A stretch of DNA of 32,000 nt from Hungatella hathewayi (lineage in GTDB: Bacteria; Bacillota; Clostridia; Lachnospirales; Lachnospiraceae): assembly GCF_025149285.1 (NCBI RefSeq), contig NZ_CP102274.1; one strand, 5' to 3'. Every line of letters begins with the position of its first letter. Position 1 is the first letter of the stretch. Positions 9,055 through 16,873 of this stretch are shown one piece after another. The notes beneath the pieces are model-generated. The model had not been told where the DNA came from and did no database searches. It saw nothing but the letters and a program-made list of their open reading frames with translations. A program made the translations under genes and the position numbers.

Positions 9055-9086
9055 TTAAGAAATGCATGAAGCAAAGGGGCAGTCCC

Positions 9087-9923
9087 ATGAATAAATTATT
9101 TACCATCGGTGAGATGGCGAAGTTGTTCGGAATTAATGCGAAAACGCTGCGTTATTACGATGAAATAGGCCTGATTCGTCCGGAACATACAGACCCGATG
9201 ACAGGATACCGTTACTACTCTACTGGGCAGTTTGAACGCCTTAATACTATCAAATATCTGAGAGCACTGGATATGCCTCTGGCTAAAATCAGGCGGTTTT
9301 TTGAAAATAAGGATATCGGTCAGATGATGGAAATATTAAAGGAGCAGCAGGAGGAAGTATTTGTAAGACGGAGGGAGCTGGAACGTATCGAACATAAGAT
9401 CAGTGAACGCCTGTCTCAGCTTCACGATGCACTGTATACCGTTTATAATCGGGTGGAGGAGGTTACGCTGCCGAACCGAAAGCTTGCTGTGCTGCGAACT
9501 GAAATACCCGCTACGGATGACCTGGAATTTCCGATCCGCCAACTGGAACGGCAGACTCAACTGGAGGCCGCCATGTTCTTGGGAAAGGTGGGAGTGTCGA
9601 TTTCGATGGATCATGTGAAATCCCATAAGTTTGATGAATTTTGTTCTATCTTTGTCGTGCTGGAACCGGGGGATTCTTATGATGGAGAAGCTGTGGATAT
9701 TCCTGGCGGGCAGTACCTGACACTGAGGTACTGTGGAACTCATACGCAGTCCTCCTTCTATTATGAAATGCTGCTGAAGGAAATGTCAGAGAACGGTTAT
9801 GAGCTGGGTGGAAATTCGATTGAGATTACGTTAGTGGATGCGGGAATGACAAATGATACTTCCCGGTTTGTAACAGAGCTGCAGCTGCCGGTAAGCGGTG
9901 GGAACAATGCGAAGGGAATTTAA
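9087..9923 (+). CDS. MerR family transcriptional regulator with C-terminal GyrI-like effector-binding domain (BmrR-like)
   Basis: The N-terminus MNKLFTIGEMAKLFGINAKTLRYYDEIGLIRP is the canonical MerR HTH. A coiled-coil linker follows, then an approximately 150-aa GyrI-like half (GGQYLTLRYCGTH...IEITLVD). I prefer ATG 9087 (SD aagggg 8 nt upstream) to the track start at 9066. Confidence 0.85.
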   Translation: MNKLFTIGEMAKLFGINAKTLRYYDEIGLIRPEHTDPMTGYRYYSTGQFERLNTIKYLRALDMPLAKIRRFFENKDIGQMMEILKEQQEEVFVRRRELERIEHKISERLSQLHDALYTVYNRVEEVTLPNRKLAVLRTEIPATDDLEFPIRQLERQTQLEAAMFLGKVGVSISMDHVKSHKFDEFCSIFVVLEPGDSYDGEAVDIPGGQYLTLRYCGTHTQSSFYYEMLLKEMSENGYELGGNSIEITLVDAGMTNDTSRFVTELQLPVSGGNNAKGI

Positions 9924-9950
9924 AGTAAAACAGAAATAGTGAGTTAATCG

Positions 9951-9980
9951 CAGAGCTGCCGGCAGGCAGCTCTGTTTGAT
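9951..9980 (+). terminator. Rho-independent terminator of the MerR-family gene
   Basis: Perfect 10-bp stem cagagctgcc / ggcagctctg with a ggca tetraloop (9951-9974), followed by tttgat. Confidence 0.65.
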
Positions 9981-10076
9981 CTCATACGGGACAAATGTTC
10001 CTGTGATATCAAATATAGCTGTATTATGTATGGTGTGAGATGTAACTTCCTGTCAGTAAGGGCTGATGTTTTTCCG

Positions 10077-10448
10077 CTACGATTCTTGTTCCGGATTGCT
10101 GTTACTGCAGAGATTCTCTTTGTGCTTCTGGAAAGTCTTAATCATATCCAGGACATAATCCTGCTCTTCTTTTGAAAGAAGGGTGGATAGATGATAGATC
10201 TCAGCCAGAAGCTGGGCACTTCGTTCCGCATCTTTTTCTGATTCCATGGGGCCTTCGCCCTGGAGAAGCCATGAACTGTTAATTCCAAGCTCGTAACAGA
10301 TTCCACGGATGACGAGCATCTGCGGTTCTGATTTTTCATGTTCAATATTTGTTATGACACCGCGGGAGACACCAATTGCATCGGCAAGAGAATTCTGTGT
10401 ATACCCTTTTGAACTGCGGGCCTGTTTGAGACGGGCACCTATTCCCAT
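10077..10448 (-). CDS. XRE-family (HTH_3) transcriptional repressor with an approximately 55-aa helical C-terminal tail
   Basis: The HTH is IGARLKQARSSKGYTQNSLADAIGVSRGVITNIEHEKSEP. I prefer the start at M5 (10448) because GGAG lies 6 nt upstream; the track start is 10460. Confidence 0.82.
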   Translation of the reverse strand: MGIGARLKQARSSKGYTQNSLADAIGVSRGVITNIEHEKSEPQMLVIRGICYELGINSSWLLQGEGPMESEKDAERSAQLLAEIYHLSTLLSKEEQDYVLDMIKTFQKHKENLCSNSNPEQES

Positions 10449-10568
10449 ATGATACTCCATTCCGCGTAGACGCGTGCCATGATCTTTACGATGGCAAACA
10501 TACGCCGATCCGCCATTTGATTTTAATTAATACAGGACCTTAAATAGTTTTGTAAATCCTGATATCTA

Positions 10569-10659
10569 ATCTTATCATGATAAAAATGATTTGTCAATAC
10601 AATTGTGTATTGAAAAGACATATGAATGCCTTGACAATGCGTAAAAAACGTGTTAGCAT
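10569..10659. promoter_or_regulatory. Back-to-back divergent promoters with an inverted-repeat operator candidate
   Basis: Minus strand: TTGACA (comp. 10592-10597), 17 nt, TGaTAAGAT (-10 comp. 10569-10574). Plus strand: TTGACA (10631-10636), 17 nt, TGtTAGCAT (-10 10654-10659). The inverted repeat caataca-attg-tgtattg (10595-10612) overlaps the minus-strand -35. Confidence 0.45.
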
Positions 10660-10718
10660 GTATTTATAAAACATAAAAATGATTTGGAAAAGCATGGCTG
10701 AAGACATAGGGGGTAGTT

Positions 10719-10889
10719 TTGAAGTCGATAGGAAGAGATCAGGAAAAGAATCGTGCGGAAATCATTCTCGAGGAGTCCGGAAAACTTTCTGTTGAAGAGC
10801 AGGAGCGTGTTCTGGCAACTTTAAAGGGAATGGTGTTTACAAGAGACTGTATATTGAAGAATGGTGTGGATGAAGACAAAAAGGAGTGA
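10719..10889 (+). CDS. Small 56-aa ORF (TTG start) resembling the C-terminal tail of the adjacent XRE repressor
   Basis: It is not in the ORF track because it is under 60 aa. SD aGGGGGt ends 5 nt before TTG 10719. Translation: LKSIGRDQEKNRAEIILEESGKLSVEEQERVLATLKGMVFTRDCILKNGVDEDKKE. It has its own promoter at 10631-10659. Confidence 0.35.
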   Translation: MKSIGRDQEKNRAEIILEESGKLSVEEQERVLATLKGMVFTRDCILKNGVDEDKKE

Positions 10890-11080
10890 GTCCGTTTATG
10901 ACAAAGTATTGTCATTTGATTTAGATTGGATTGAAGTGAAAGAACCCGGCCATGCCTGAGTCCTGTTTTGTGGGCCTGTCTGAATATCTCACAGAGTTTA
11001 GAAACATATCGTTTGTCTATTCTAAGTCCCAAAGTCTGTAATTATAGATAAGTTTTCGTGTTGATTTGTATTGAATATTG

Positions 11081-11125
11081 TTGACATTGCTCATGTAATG
11101 TGCTATTGTATGAATGTACAAAATA
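11081..11125 (+). promoter_or_regulatory. yhfZ-like gene promoter plus candidate operator
   Basis: TTGACA (11081-11086), 17 nt, TATTGT (11104-11109). The 13-mer AATGTACAAAATA (11113-11125) recurs exactly at 12384-12396. Confidence 0.45.
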
Positions 11126-11165
11126 ATGAATATTGAAATAATGACGAATAAAAGCAGGTATACAG

Positions 11166-12098
11166 ATGGAATATGAAGTTGGAAAGAGCATCTTATATCA
11201 AAAAACCGGATTAGCCAAGAGTCTCCTTGCATTAGATTTACTGTCAAAGAATGCAGGGGACAGAATACAGCCCATATCCGAGTATCAGGAGAAGTTTGGA
11301 GTATCCAGAGGGACTGTCCAGAATGCTTTTACATATTTAAAAGAGTGTGGCGCTGTGAAACTGGAGCACCACGGTCACCAGGGTACTTATATCGAAAAGC
11401 TGGACTATCGCAAGCTTCAGGAAAACTGTATGAGAAAAGAGCTGCTGGGCATCATGCCGCTGCCGTATTCACTGACTTATGAGGGGTTTGCCACAGCAAT
11501 TTACTCGGAACTGGATGAGCTGAATTTTAATATGGCGTACGCGAGAGGCGCGGTTGGCAGAATCGAGCTTGTAGAGTCGGGAACCTATCAATTTGCCGTC
11601 TGTTCACGCTATGCCGCGGAGCAGTCCATCAGCTGCGGGAAAGAGATCGAGATAGCCTTTGATTTCGGGCCGGGAAGCTTTCTGTCAAAACACGTACTTC
11701 TTCTGGCTGATGAATCAAAAGACGGTATCTGTGATGGTATGAAGGTCGCATACGACAGCAAGTCTCTTGACCAGAGCCGTATAACAGATAATATCGTTAA
11801 GGGAAAAGAGATAACTTTAATTCCAATCAGGACACAGCAGACCATCGGGGCTCTGATGGATGGGACCATAGACGCCGGTGTGTGGAATTATGACGATGTA
11901 TTGGAGAATCATCACGACAGACTGAAGGTGGTTTCGCTGCCGGAATCGGACTATAATAATTCCTTTTCCACTGCAGTTCTGGTGATAAAGACGGGCGACG
12001 AAGCACTGAAGGCACTGCTTAAAAAATATATAAGTGTGGAACGCGTATTGGGAATTCTTTCTGAAGTCAGAGAGAAGAGGCGGGAGCCGTTCTTCTGA
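11166..12098 (+). CDS. yhfZ: YhfZ-family regulator (GntR-like winged HTH + C-terminal ligand-binding-like domain)
   Basis: 310-aa ORF with the GntR-type HTH ISEYQEKFGVSRGTVQNAFTYLKECGAV. Its size and its position at the head of a yhfY/T/U/S/X/W-type gene set match E. coli YhfZ (about 300 aa, from memory). Confidence 0.8.
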   Translation: MEYEVGKSILYQKTGLAKSLLALDLLSKNAGDRIQPISEYQEKFGVSRGTVQNAFTYLKECGAVKLEHHGHQGTYIEKLDYRKLQENCMRKELLGIMPLPYSLTYEGFATAIYSELDELNFNMAYARGAVGRIELVESGTYQFAVCSRYAAEQSISCGKEIEIAFDFGPGSFLSKHVLLLADESKDGICDGMKVAYDSKSLDQSRITDNIVKGKEITLIPIRTQQTIGALMDGTIDAGVWNYDDVLENHHDRLKVVSLPESDYNNSFSTAVLVIKTGDEALKALLKKYISVERVLGILSEVREKRREPFF

Positions 12099-12233
12099 CC
12101 GGAGAGAAAGCGCTATATTAGCGTCTTATCTTCTGCGGTGGACCGCAGATCAAGGGCAGCCGTGGGCAGAAGGTATCCGCAGTGGAATTCTGGCAGATGT
12201 TTGTCACACCTGTTACGGCTGCCGGCGGCTTTC

Positions 12234-12284
12234 CCGGCTCATCAGCTTTCAGGTCTCATCAGCTTTCCCGGCTCATCAGCCAAT
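12234..12284. repeat. Three tandem 17-bp units in the yhfZ-yhfY intergenic region
   Basis: The units are ccggctcatcagctttc (12234-12250), aggtctcatcagctttc (12251-12267) and ccggctcatcagccaat (12268-12284). The 19-mer gctttcccggctcatcagc occurs twice, at 12228 and 12262. Confidence 0.8.
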
Positions 12285-12375
12285 CGGCCAGTCAGCCGTA
12301 CTGACAATCTGAATAGAATATAAGAAACCGGGATAGTGGGTGGAGTGTCGTAAAAAATAAGTCAGGACAGAAATT

Positions 12376-12405
12376 TTTACAGCAATGTACAAAATATTGT
12401 ATATT
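12376..12405 (+). promoter_or_regulatory. Candidate promoter of the yhfY-W operon with the shared 13-mer in its spacer
   Basis: TTTACA (12376-12381), 18-nt spacer, TATATT (12400-12405). AATGTACAAAATA (12384-12396) lies inside the spacer. Confidence 0.4.
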
Positions 12406-12419
12406 AAGAAAGGAGTATT

Positions 12420-12782
12420 ATGAACCTGGAGGAAGCGTTAAATCAGCGTCTTGAGATTCTTTTAAACAGTGGTGTCATATCACAGAGAATTTCAGATTAT
12501 TGCAAAACAGCAGTGAAGCTGCTGATAAAACAAAAACCGGAGGCAGACGGCGACAGGGCTGCTATGTTTATTACACATCTGGCTATGGCGGGACAGAGAA
12601 TTTTAGAGGGAAAGGAGGAAAAACCATTGGATGGCCAGATTCTGGAGTCTGTAAAACAGGAACCTGCTTATAGTAAGGCATTGGACTTTCTGACGTATAT
12701 GCTGAATCAGACAGATCTGGAATTTCCGGATACAGAAAAAGATTTTTTGACGGTTCATCTGTGTAACCTGTTTATGCCATGA
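12420..12782 (+). CDS. yhfY: YhfY-family PRD-domain-only protein
   Basis: 120-aa all-helical ORF, the same length as E. coli YhfY. Two His residues sit in PRD-like contexts, FITHLAMAG (His53, 12576-12578) and LTVHLCNLF (His113, 12756-12758), 60 residues apart. Confidence 0.8.
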   Translation: MNLEEALNQRLEILLNSGVISQRISDYCKTAVKLLIKQKPEADGDRAAMFITHLAMAGQRILEGKEEKPLDGQILESVKQEPAYSKALDFLTYMLNQTDLEFPDTEKDFLTVHLCNLFMP

Positions 12783-12867
12783 GTTTGAAGGCCGTGATGT
12801 AGAGAGTATGCTTACGGGGATGAGATGCTGCAGGAGTATTGAAATTTAAAATTCAGGAGGGAAAAAT

Positions 12868-14148
12868 ATGCGGTATATAGTTATATTTTTAGCCGGAGCG
12901 TTTGGGGCACTTTTGGCTAACAGGGGAATTGCGGTTTTTAATGATGCGGTCAGGCCGGTTGTTCCGGAATACAGAGAGGGACGTATGACAAGGCTGGAAT
13001 TTGCAACAACCACATTTGCCTTAAGCTTTGGTCTGGTCATTGGATTTGGAATACCTTATTCGATTATGTCACCCATTATACTGGTACATTCTCTGTGGCT
13101 TGGAACCGATGTTATCGGTATCTTCTTTCCGGCAAAAAACATTGAAAAATGGTACCTGGACAAAGAAAGCCTGATCGGCGCCGGCCTTTCCGTTCTGGCA
13201 GGTGGTCTGTACGGAGTGCTTCTGCTGGCGGGGCTTCAGAGCTTTGTCAATATGATGCAGGCTCTGCCGGTTAATATCTTCGATGCATGGCAGAATATTT
13301 CCGGCCCTGTCATTTCCGCATTTATTGCGTTCCCATGTGTTGTAATTACCATGGATTACGGTTGGAAAAAGGGTCTTGTTTCACTGGTTGTTTCGGTTCT
13401 GCTTCGCCAGATCATGGTATTTTTCGGAAAAGGAGATATCGCGGACGGTGTTGCCTTATTAACCGGCCTCGTGTTCATCATTGTATTTGCAGTCAGGGAC
13501 AAATCTGAATCGACGGGAAATCTGGCTTCTATATTTGGAGACCGTGTGAAGAACATCAGAAAGAATATCATCTGGATTGCAATTATGGGTGCCATTTACG
13601 GACTTGCCTGCAATATGCATCTCCTGATGGAAGGTCCGCAGTCTCTGGTTGCATTAAAGGATGGAAATGTGTCTTCTGCAGTCAGCATCAGCTTTGCGAG
13701 AGCGCTGTCCTTTATCCCATTAAAGGCGCTGACCTCGCTGACGACAGGCACCTTTGTAACGGATGGCTTCGGTTTCACCGCAACAGCAGGCCTTCTGGCT
13801 CCAAACGGAGTGCTTGCCGCAGTATTTGGCGCAGTGGTCATGTCTCTGGAGGCATTGTCTCTGGCAGTAGTTGCAAAGCTGTTTGATAAGGTTCCAAGTA
13901 TTAAGAAATCGGCCGACAGTATCCGTGTGGCGATGACCAGGCTTCTGGAGGTTGCCATTTTAGTGGGATCCATGTCGGCGGCGGAAGGTATGGCCCCCGG
14001 ATTTGGATTTTTGGTAGTTGGTGGATTCTTTGTCATGAATGAGTATTTTAAGAAACCAATCGTACGGATGGCAGTAGGCCCGATCGCTGTTATCGCAGTG
14101 GGAGTTCTGGTCAATGTACTGGCAGTTTTAGGTCTGTACAGTGTTTAA
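12868..14148 (+). CDS. yhfT: YhfT-family polytopic inner-membrane protein (putative transporter)
   Basis: 426-aa ORF, highly hydrophobic with about 11 TM segments. The N-terminal block AVFNDAVRPVVPEYREGRMTRLE resembles my recollection of E. coli YhfT (AVFHDGIRPILPQLIEGYMNRRE). SD caggaggg. Confidence 0.82.
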   Translation: MRYIVIFLAGAFGALLANRGIAVFNDAVRPVVPEYREGRMTRLEFATTTFALSFGLVIGFGIPYSIMSPIILVHSLWLGTDVIGIFFPAKNIEKWYLDKESLIGAGLSVLAGGLYGVLLLAGLQSFVNMMQALPVNIFDAWQNISGPVISAFIAFPCVVITMDYGWKKGLVSLVVSVLLRQIMVFFGKGDIADGVALLTGLVFIIVFAVRDKSESTGNLASIFGDRVKNIRKNIIWIAIMGAIYGLACNMHLLMEGPQSLVALKDGNVSSAVSISFARALSFIPLKALTSLTTGTFVTDGFGFTATAGLLAPNGVLAAVFGAVVMSLEALSLAVVAKLFDKVPSIKKSADSIRVAMTRLLEVAILVGSMSAAEGMAPGFGFLVVGGFFVMNEYFKKPIVRMAVGPIAVIAVGVLVNVLAVLGLYSV

Positions 14149-14182
14149 ATGTGTGCAGTGATGCGTGAAAGGAGCAGTCAGC

Positions 14183-14539
14183 ATGAAAATTGTAATTGGC
14201 GGACAGATGGGAAAAGAGGAAATAAAAGATCTGATAGTCACGACTATGGGAACTGAATGTGAGGTTGCCATCCGGGATGATGTGGCAGCTGCCATGGATG
14301 TAAAGAGCGGAAATGCCGACTTATATCTGGGGGCATGTATGACCGGGGGCGGAGGCGCACTTGCGATGGCCATTGCAATTTTGGGTTATGGAGCGTGTAT
14401 GACGGTAAGTGACGCGGATGAAAATGCCATTCGTGACGCACTGAAATCGGGGAAAAAGGCGTTTGGTTTTACCCCATCCATGTCGAGAACGGTGGTTCCA
14501 GTGATTGTAAGGCTTGCGAAGGATGCTGTGAAGAATTGA
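14183..14539 (+). CDS. yhfU: YhfU-family protein (DUF2620)
   Basis: 118 aa from ATG 14183. The aaaggag SD lies inside the longer GTG-started track ORF. It begins MKIVIGGQMGKEE, has a duplicated GACMT motif (Cys codons 14336 and 14396), and matches the size of E. coli YhfU (117 aa). Confidence 0.78.
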   Translation: MKIVIGGQMGKEEIKDLIVTTMGTECEVAIRDDVAAAMDVKSGNADLYLGACMTGGGGALAMAIAILGYGACMTVSDADENAIRDALKSGKKAFGFTPSMSRTVVPVIVRLAKDAVKN

Positions 14540-14620
14540 GATGATGGTGCTGTCTGGTTTAAAGAGATGATATACCGTGTCTTCTTAGCCAGCCAGACAG
14601 CATCCGTGAAAGGAGAAAGG

Positions 14621-15715
14621 ATGCAGACATATCCGTTACAGAGCATGTCCGTGGAAGAAGCAGCGATGCTTCAGTTCCAGGTAGTGGACTGTATAACAAA
14701 AGTATTTGAAGGGCATGAATCACTGACCAGGGGAGATTTAGGGGTCGTCATGGGGATTAATATGCCGGTGACAACCAGAAAAGCGGAAAAGGTGATTGCC
14801 GAAGTATTTGGAGCAGAGGCGTGTATCCTGGTACGGGGGGCGGGGAGTGCCGCAATCCGTTTTGGACTTCATTCCATGATGGGGCCCGGCGACCGGCTCC
14901 TGGTACACCGGGCTCCCATCTATAATACTACGGCAGCCTCTCTCGAAATGATGGGAATAGAAGCGGTGGAAGCTGATTTTAATGATTCGAAAGAAATCCG
15001 GCGGGTTTTGACGGATAATCCCGATATTAAGGGGGCGCTGGTCCAATATACGAGACAGCTCCCGGAAGACCGCTATGATATGCATGAGGTAGTACGCGTC
15101 ATCAAACAGACCGCTGATATCCCTGTACTGACCGACGACAATTACGCAGCAATGAAAGTAAAAGATATCGGTGTGCAGTGCGGTGCGGATCTTTCCTGCT
15201 TTTCCGCGTTTAAGCTGCTGGGGCCGGAAGGTGTGGGCGTCATCGTCGGTAAGCAGGAACTGGTCGGCAGACTGGTAAAGGAAAGTTATTCCGGCGGGAT
15301 GCAGGTACAGGGGCATGAGGCGCTCGATGTTCTGCACGGAATGGTCTATGCGCCGGTCTCCCTGGCTCTTTCTGCGAGGGTCAATGAGGAATGTGTCAGA
15401 CGCTTGAACAGCGGAGAGATACCGGCGGTAAAACAGGCATTTCTGGCAAATGCCCAATCTAAGGTTCTTCTGGTGGAATTCAGGGAGAATATTGCGGAAC
15501 GGGTACTGGAGGAAGCCGAAAAATCGGGCGCTGCACCGAATCCGGTTGGCGCGGAATCCAAATATGAGCTGGTACCCATGTTTTACCGGATTTCCGGTAC
15601 GTTTCGCAAGGCAGATCCGGAACTGGAACATCGGATGATACGGATCAATCCCATGCGGGCCGGAGCGGACACTGTTTTAAGAATAATAAAAGAATCAGTA
15701 GAAAGAGTGGTGTAA
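14621..15715 (+). CDS. yhfS: YhfS-family fold-type-I PLP-dependent enzyme (SelA/aminotransferase-like)
   Basis: 364 aa from ATG 14621, which has SD aaaggagaaagg. The candidate PLP-lysine motif FSAFKLLGPEGVG closely resembles the SelA motif SGDKLLGGPQAG. The size matches E. coli YhfS (361 aa). Confidence 0.82.
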   Translation: MQTYPLQSMSVEEAAMLQFQVVDCITKVFEGHESLTRGDLGVVMGINMPVTTRKAEKVIAEVFGAEACILVRGAGSAAIRFGLHSMMGPGDRLLVHRAPIYNTTAASLEMMGIEAVEADFNDSKEIRRVLTDNPDIKGALVQYTRQLPEDRYDMHEVVRVIKQTADIPVLTDDNYAAMKVKDIGVQCGADLSCFSAFKLLGPEGVGVIVGKQELVGRLVKESYSGGMQVQGHEALDVLHGMVYAPVSLALSARVNEECVRRLNSGEIPAVKQAFLANAQSKVLLVEFRENIAERVLEEAEKSGAAPNPVGAESKYELVPMFYRISGTFRKADPELEHRMIRINPMRAGADTVLRIIKESVERVV

Positions 15716-16873
15716 ATGTTCCTGGAACAAACTGTAAAACGGAATCCGGAACTGGTCCGGCTGGCATTCAGTCTCCACAGGCAGGGAATCATAGAACCGG
15801 ATTCCTATCTCATTGATGTGGACACCTTTTTGCAAAATGCGGAGGAAATGCTGGAGTGCTCCAGGCAAAATGGCGTAAAGCTTTACTTTATGCTGAAACA
15901 GCTGGGGCGCAATCCCTATCTGGCAAAGGAGCTGATGAGGCTGGGATATTCCGGCGCGGTGGCTGTTGACTATAAAGAGGCCGCCGTAATGATGGAGCAT
16001 GGGATTCCGATCGGAAATGCAGGGCATCTGGTACAGATACCGACGGCTCAGGTAAGACAGATTGTCTCCTGCCGCCCGGAGGTCATCACCGTCTACTCAG
16101 AAGAGAAAATACACCAGATTGATCAGGCCGCGTCGGAACTGGGCGTGATACAGGAAATTCTGCTGCGGGTGTATGGTGAAGGTGATATGATTTATTCCGG
16201 GCAGACAGCCGGTTTTCATTTAAATACCCTGGAAGAACTGGCGGATCGTATCGTTGGTTCATATCCCCATGTGAGAATTGCGGGTGTCACCTCTTTTCCC
16301 TGTTACTTATATGATGAGCAGCTGGATGACATCGTTCCTACGGCTAATTTAAAAACCGTAACGCGTGCGGTAGCAATCTTAAAGTCGCGGGGAATTCTCT
16401 GCCGTATCATCAATACTCCCTCAGCAACCTGCTGTCGTACCATTGAACGGATGAAGCGGGACGGGGGAAATTGTGGTGAGCCGGGACATGGCTTTTCCGG
16501 AACAACCCCCATGCATGCCGCCCATGAACTGCCGGAACGACCGTGTGTAGTTTACATAAGTGAAGTTTCTCATAATTTCGAAGGCCGCGGATACTGTTTT
16601 GGAGGCGGTCATTACAGGCGATCCCATATGAAGAATGCATTGGTAGGAGACAGTTTTTTAAATGCTAGGCACGTGGAGGTAATTCCTCCGGCGGATGACA
16701 GTATTGATTACCATTTCGGATTAACAAAAGAGTGCCCTGTAGGCCAGACGGTGGTGATGGCGTTTCGGTATCAGATATTTGTTACCCGTTCAGATGTTGT
16801 GCTGGTCACCGGACTTAGAAAGGGAGCGCCGAGGATTGAAGGAATCTATGACAGCGCGGGCAGAGAGAAATGA
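15716..16873 (+). CDS. yhfX: YhfX-family fold-type-III PLP enzyme (alanine-racemase-like N-terminal barrel)
   Basis: 385-aa ORF. Its ATG directly follows the yhfS stop codon (15713-15715). The early candidate PLP lysine YFMLKQLGRNP and the overall size match E. coli YhfX (387 aa). Confidence 0.82.
   Translation: MFLEQTVKRNPELVRLAFSLHRQGIIEPDSYLIDVDTFLQNAEEMLECSRQNGVKLYFMLKQLGRNPYLAKELMRLGYSGAVAVDYKEAAVMMEHGIPIGNAGHLVQIPTAQVRQIVSCRPEVITVYSEEKIHQIDQAASELGVIQEILLRVYGEGDMIYSGQTAGFHLNTLEELADRIVGSYPHVRIAGVTSFPCYLYDEQLDDIVPTANLKTVTRAVAILKSRGILCRIINTPSATCCRTIERMKRDGGNCGEPGHGFSGTTPMHAAHELPERPCVVYISEVSHNFEGRGYCFGGGHYRRSHMKNALVGDSFLNARHVEVIPPADDSIDYHFGLTKECPVGQTVVMAFRYQIFVTRSDVVLVTGLRKGAPRIEGIYDSAGREK

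Noticed and set aside
8837-9058. A 73-aa plus-strand ORF after the PTS gene.
   Set aside because: It starts inside the EIIBC gene in another frame and reads straight through the 24-bp hairpin. It is an artefact of the palindrome.
10739-11032. A 97-aa minus-strand ORF in the XRE-yhfZ spacer.
   Set aside because: It has no SD and an S-rich, junk-like sequence. It overlaps, in antisense, the 56-aa plus-strand ORF, which does have a promoter and an SD. I considered the plus-strand ORF the better though still uncertain call.
12034-12323. The 92-aa and 61-aa plus-strand ORFs over the tandem 17-mers, and the possibility that the array is a mini-CRISPR.
   Set aside because: The ORFs lack an SD, and a 17-nt period cannot encode a protein repeat. 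The array has only three contiguous units with no spacers, so it is not a CRISPR.
13596-14114. A 172-aa minus-strand ORF, and neighbouring ORFs at 13356-13595 and 14128-14373.
   Set aside because: They are antisense to the yhfT-like and yhfU-like genes and have a T/P/A/S-rich composition typical of the reverse frame.
14738-15631. A 297-aa ORF on the minus strand.
   Set aside because: It lies entirely antisense to the well-supported yhfS-like PLP enzyme gene. It has no SD and an R/P/S/C/F-rich composition typical of the reverse frame of a coding region.
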